Shown here: positions 63,719 through 64,000 of the stretch, piece after piece
Layout of the letters: the number at the start of each line of letters is the position of its first letter
Position numbering within the stretch: position 1 is the stretch's first letter
Origin: Anthoceros angustus
Taxonomy: Eukaryota; Plantae; Anthocerotophyta
Direction: 5' to 3'
Length of the DNA: 64,000 nt
NCBI GenBank assembly: GCA_010909165.1
Contig: VJWM01000019.1
Coordinates: 372,001-436,000 of the forward strand
Made by a program: the position numbers and the translations under genes
Notes under the pieces: generated by a model
What the model was told of the DNA's origin: nothing
Seen by the model: the letters and a program-made list of their open reading frames with translations, nothing else
Database searches by the model: none

Positions 63719-64000
63719 ACATACTTTTATCAAGCCATTAAAGCCGCATGTATAGCCACCGAGCCATCCCGAGGGCCGAGGAAGCTCAAACCTTAACAGT
63801 TCTCCGGCGTATCAAATCGCATATGACGAGATCTCGGACCTGACTAACACCCTACGCCACTTCCTGCCTCCAATGCGGAATTCTCGTCAGCCAAAAGTTG
63901 CCCGGACCCAAGACGAAAGTCTGCATACTCCTCACATGACCAGGCATTACAGGCAGCATTTGCAGTAGGCAAATCCGAAGAGCAGGAGAAGAAGCTTTCC

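Overview
Eukaryotic nuclear DNA from a compact, intron-rich land-plant genome. Introns are mostly 80-140 nt with GT-AG ends, and a bryophyte such as a hornwort is my inference, not something shown. Nine host genes can be reconstructed by hand: UAP56 helicase, a divergent V-ATPase subunit H, intronless RPP2 (plus a truncated local duplicate), a C7orf25/UPF0415-like gene, an SKIP22-like F-box gene head-to-head with an RMP64/NEPRO-like gene, an AVT6-type amino-acid transporter, an RsmD/YlbH-like methyltransferase, a class II DAHP synthase and a large At1g54920-like gene. Two TE-dense blocks (about 26-37 kb and 44.7-59.6 kb) contain a boundary-intact Mutator-like element (about 265-bp TIRs, 9-bp TSD TATTTCACA), a second MULE relic, two 5'-truncated RLE-type (CRE-like) LINE ends and an unclassified repeat family found at three places in the window. 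I found no clearly new multi-gene system. The best leads are a probable autoregulatory intron in UAP56, the unclassified element family (including a hairpin with a flipped loop) and the RLE-type LINEs. Caution: homopolymer frameshifts in DAHP synthase and three indel-riddled tandem duplications suggest uncorrected long-read errors, so fine detail in GC-rich repeats may be artefactual. All identities were judged by eye and no database search was run.
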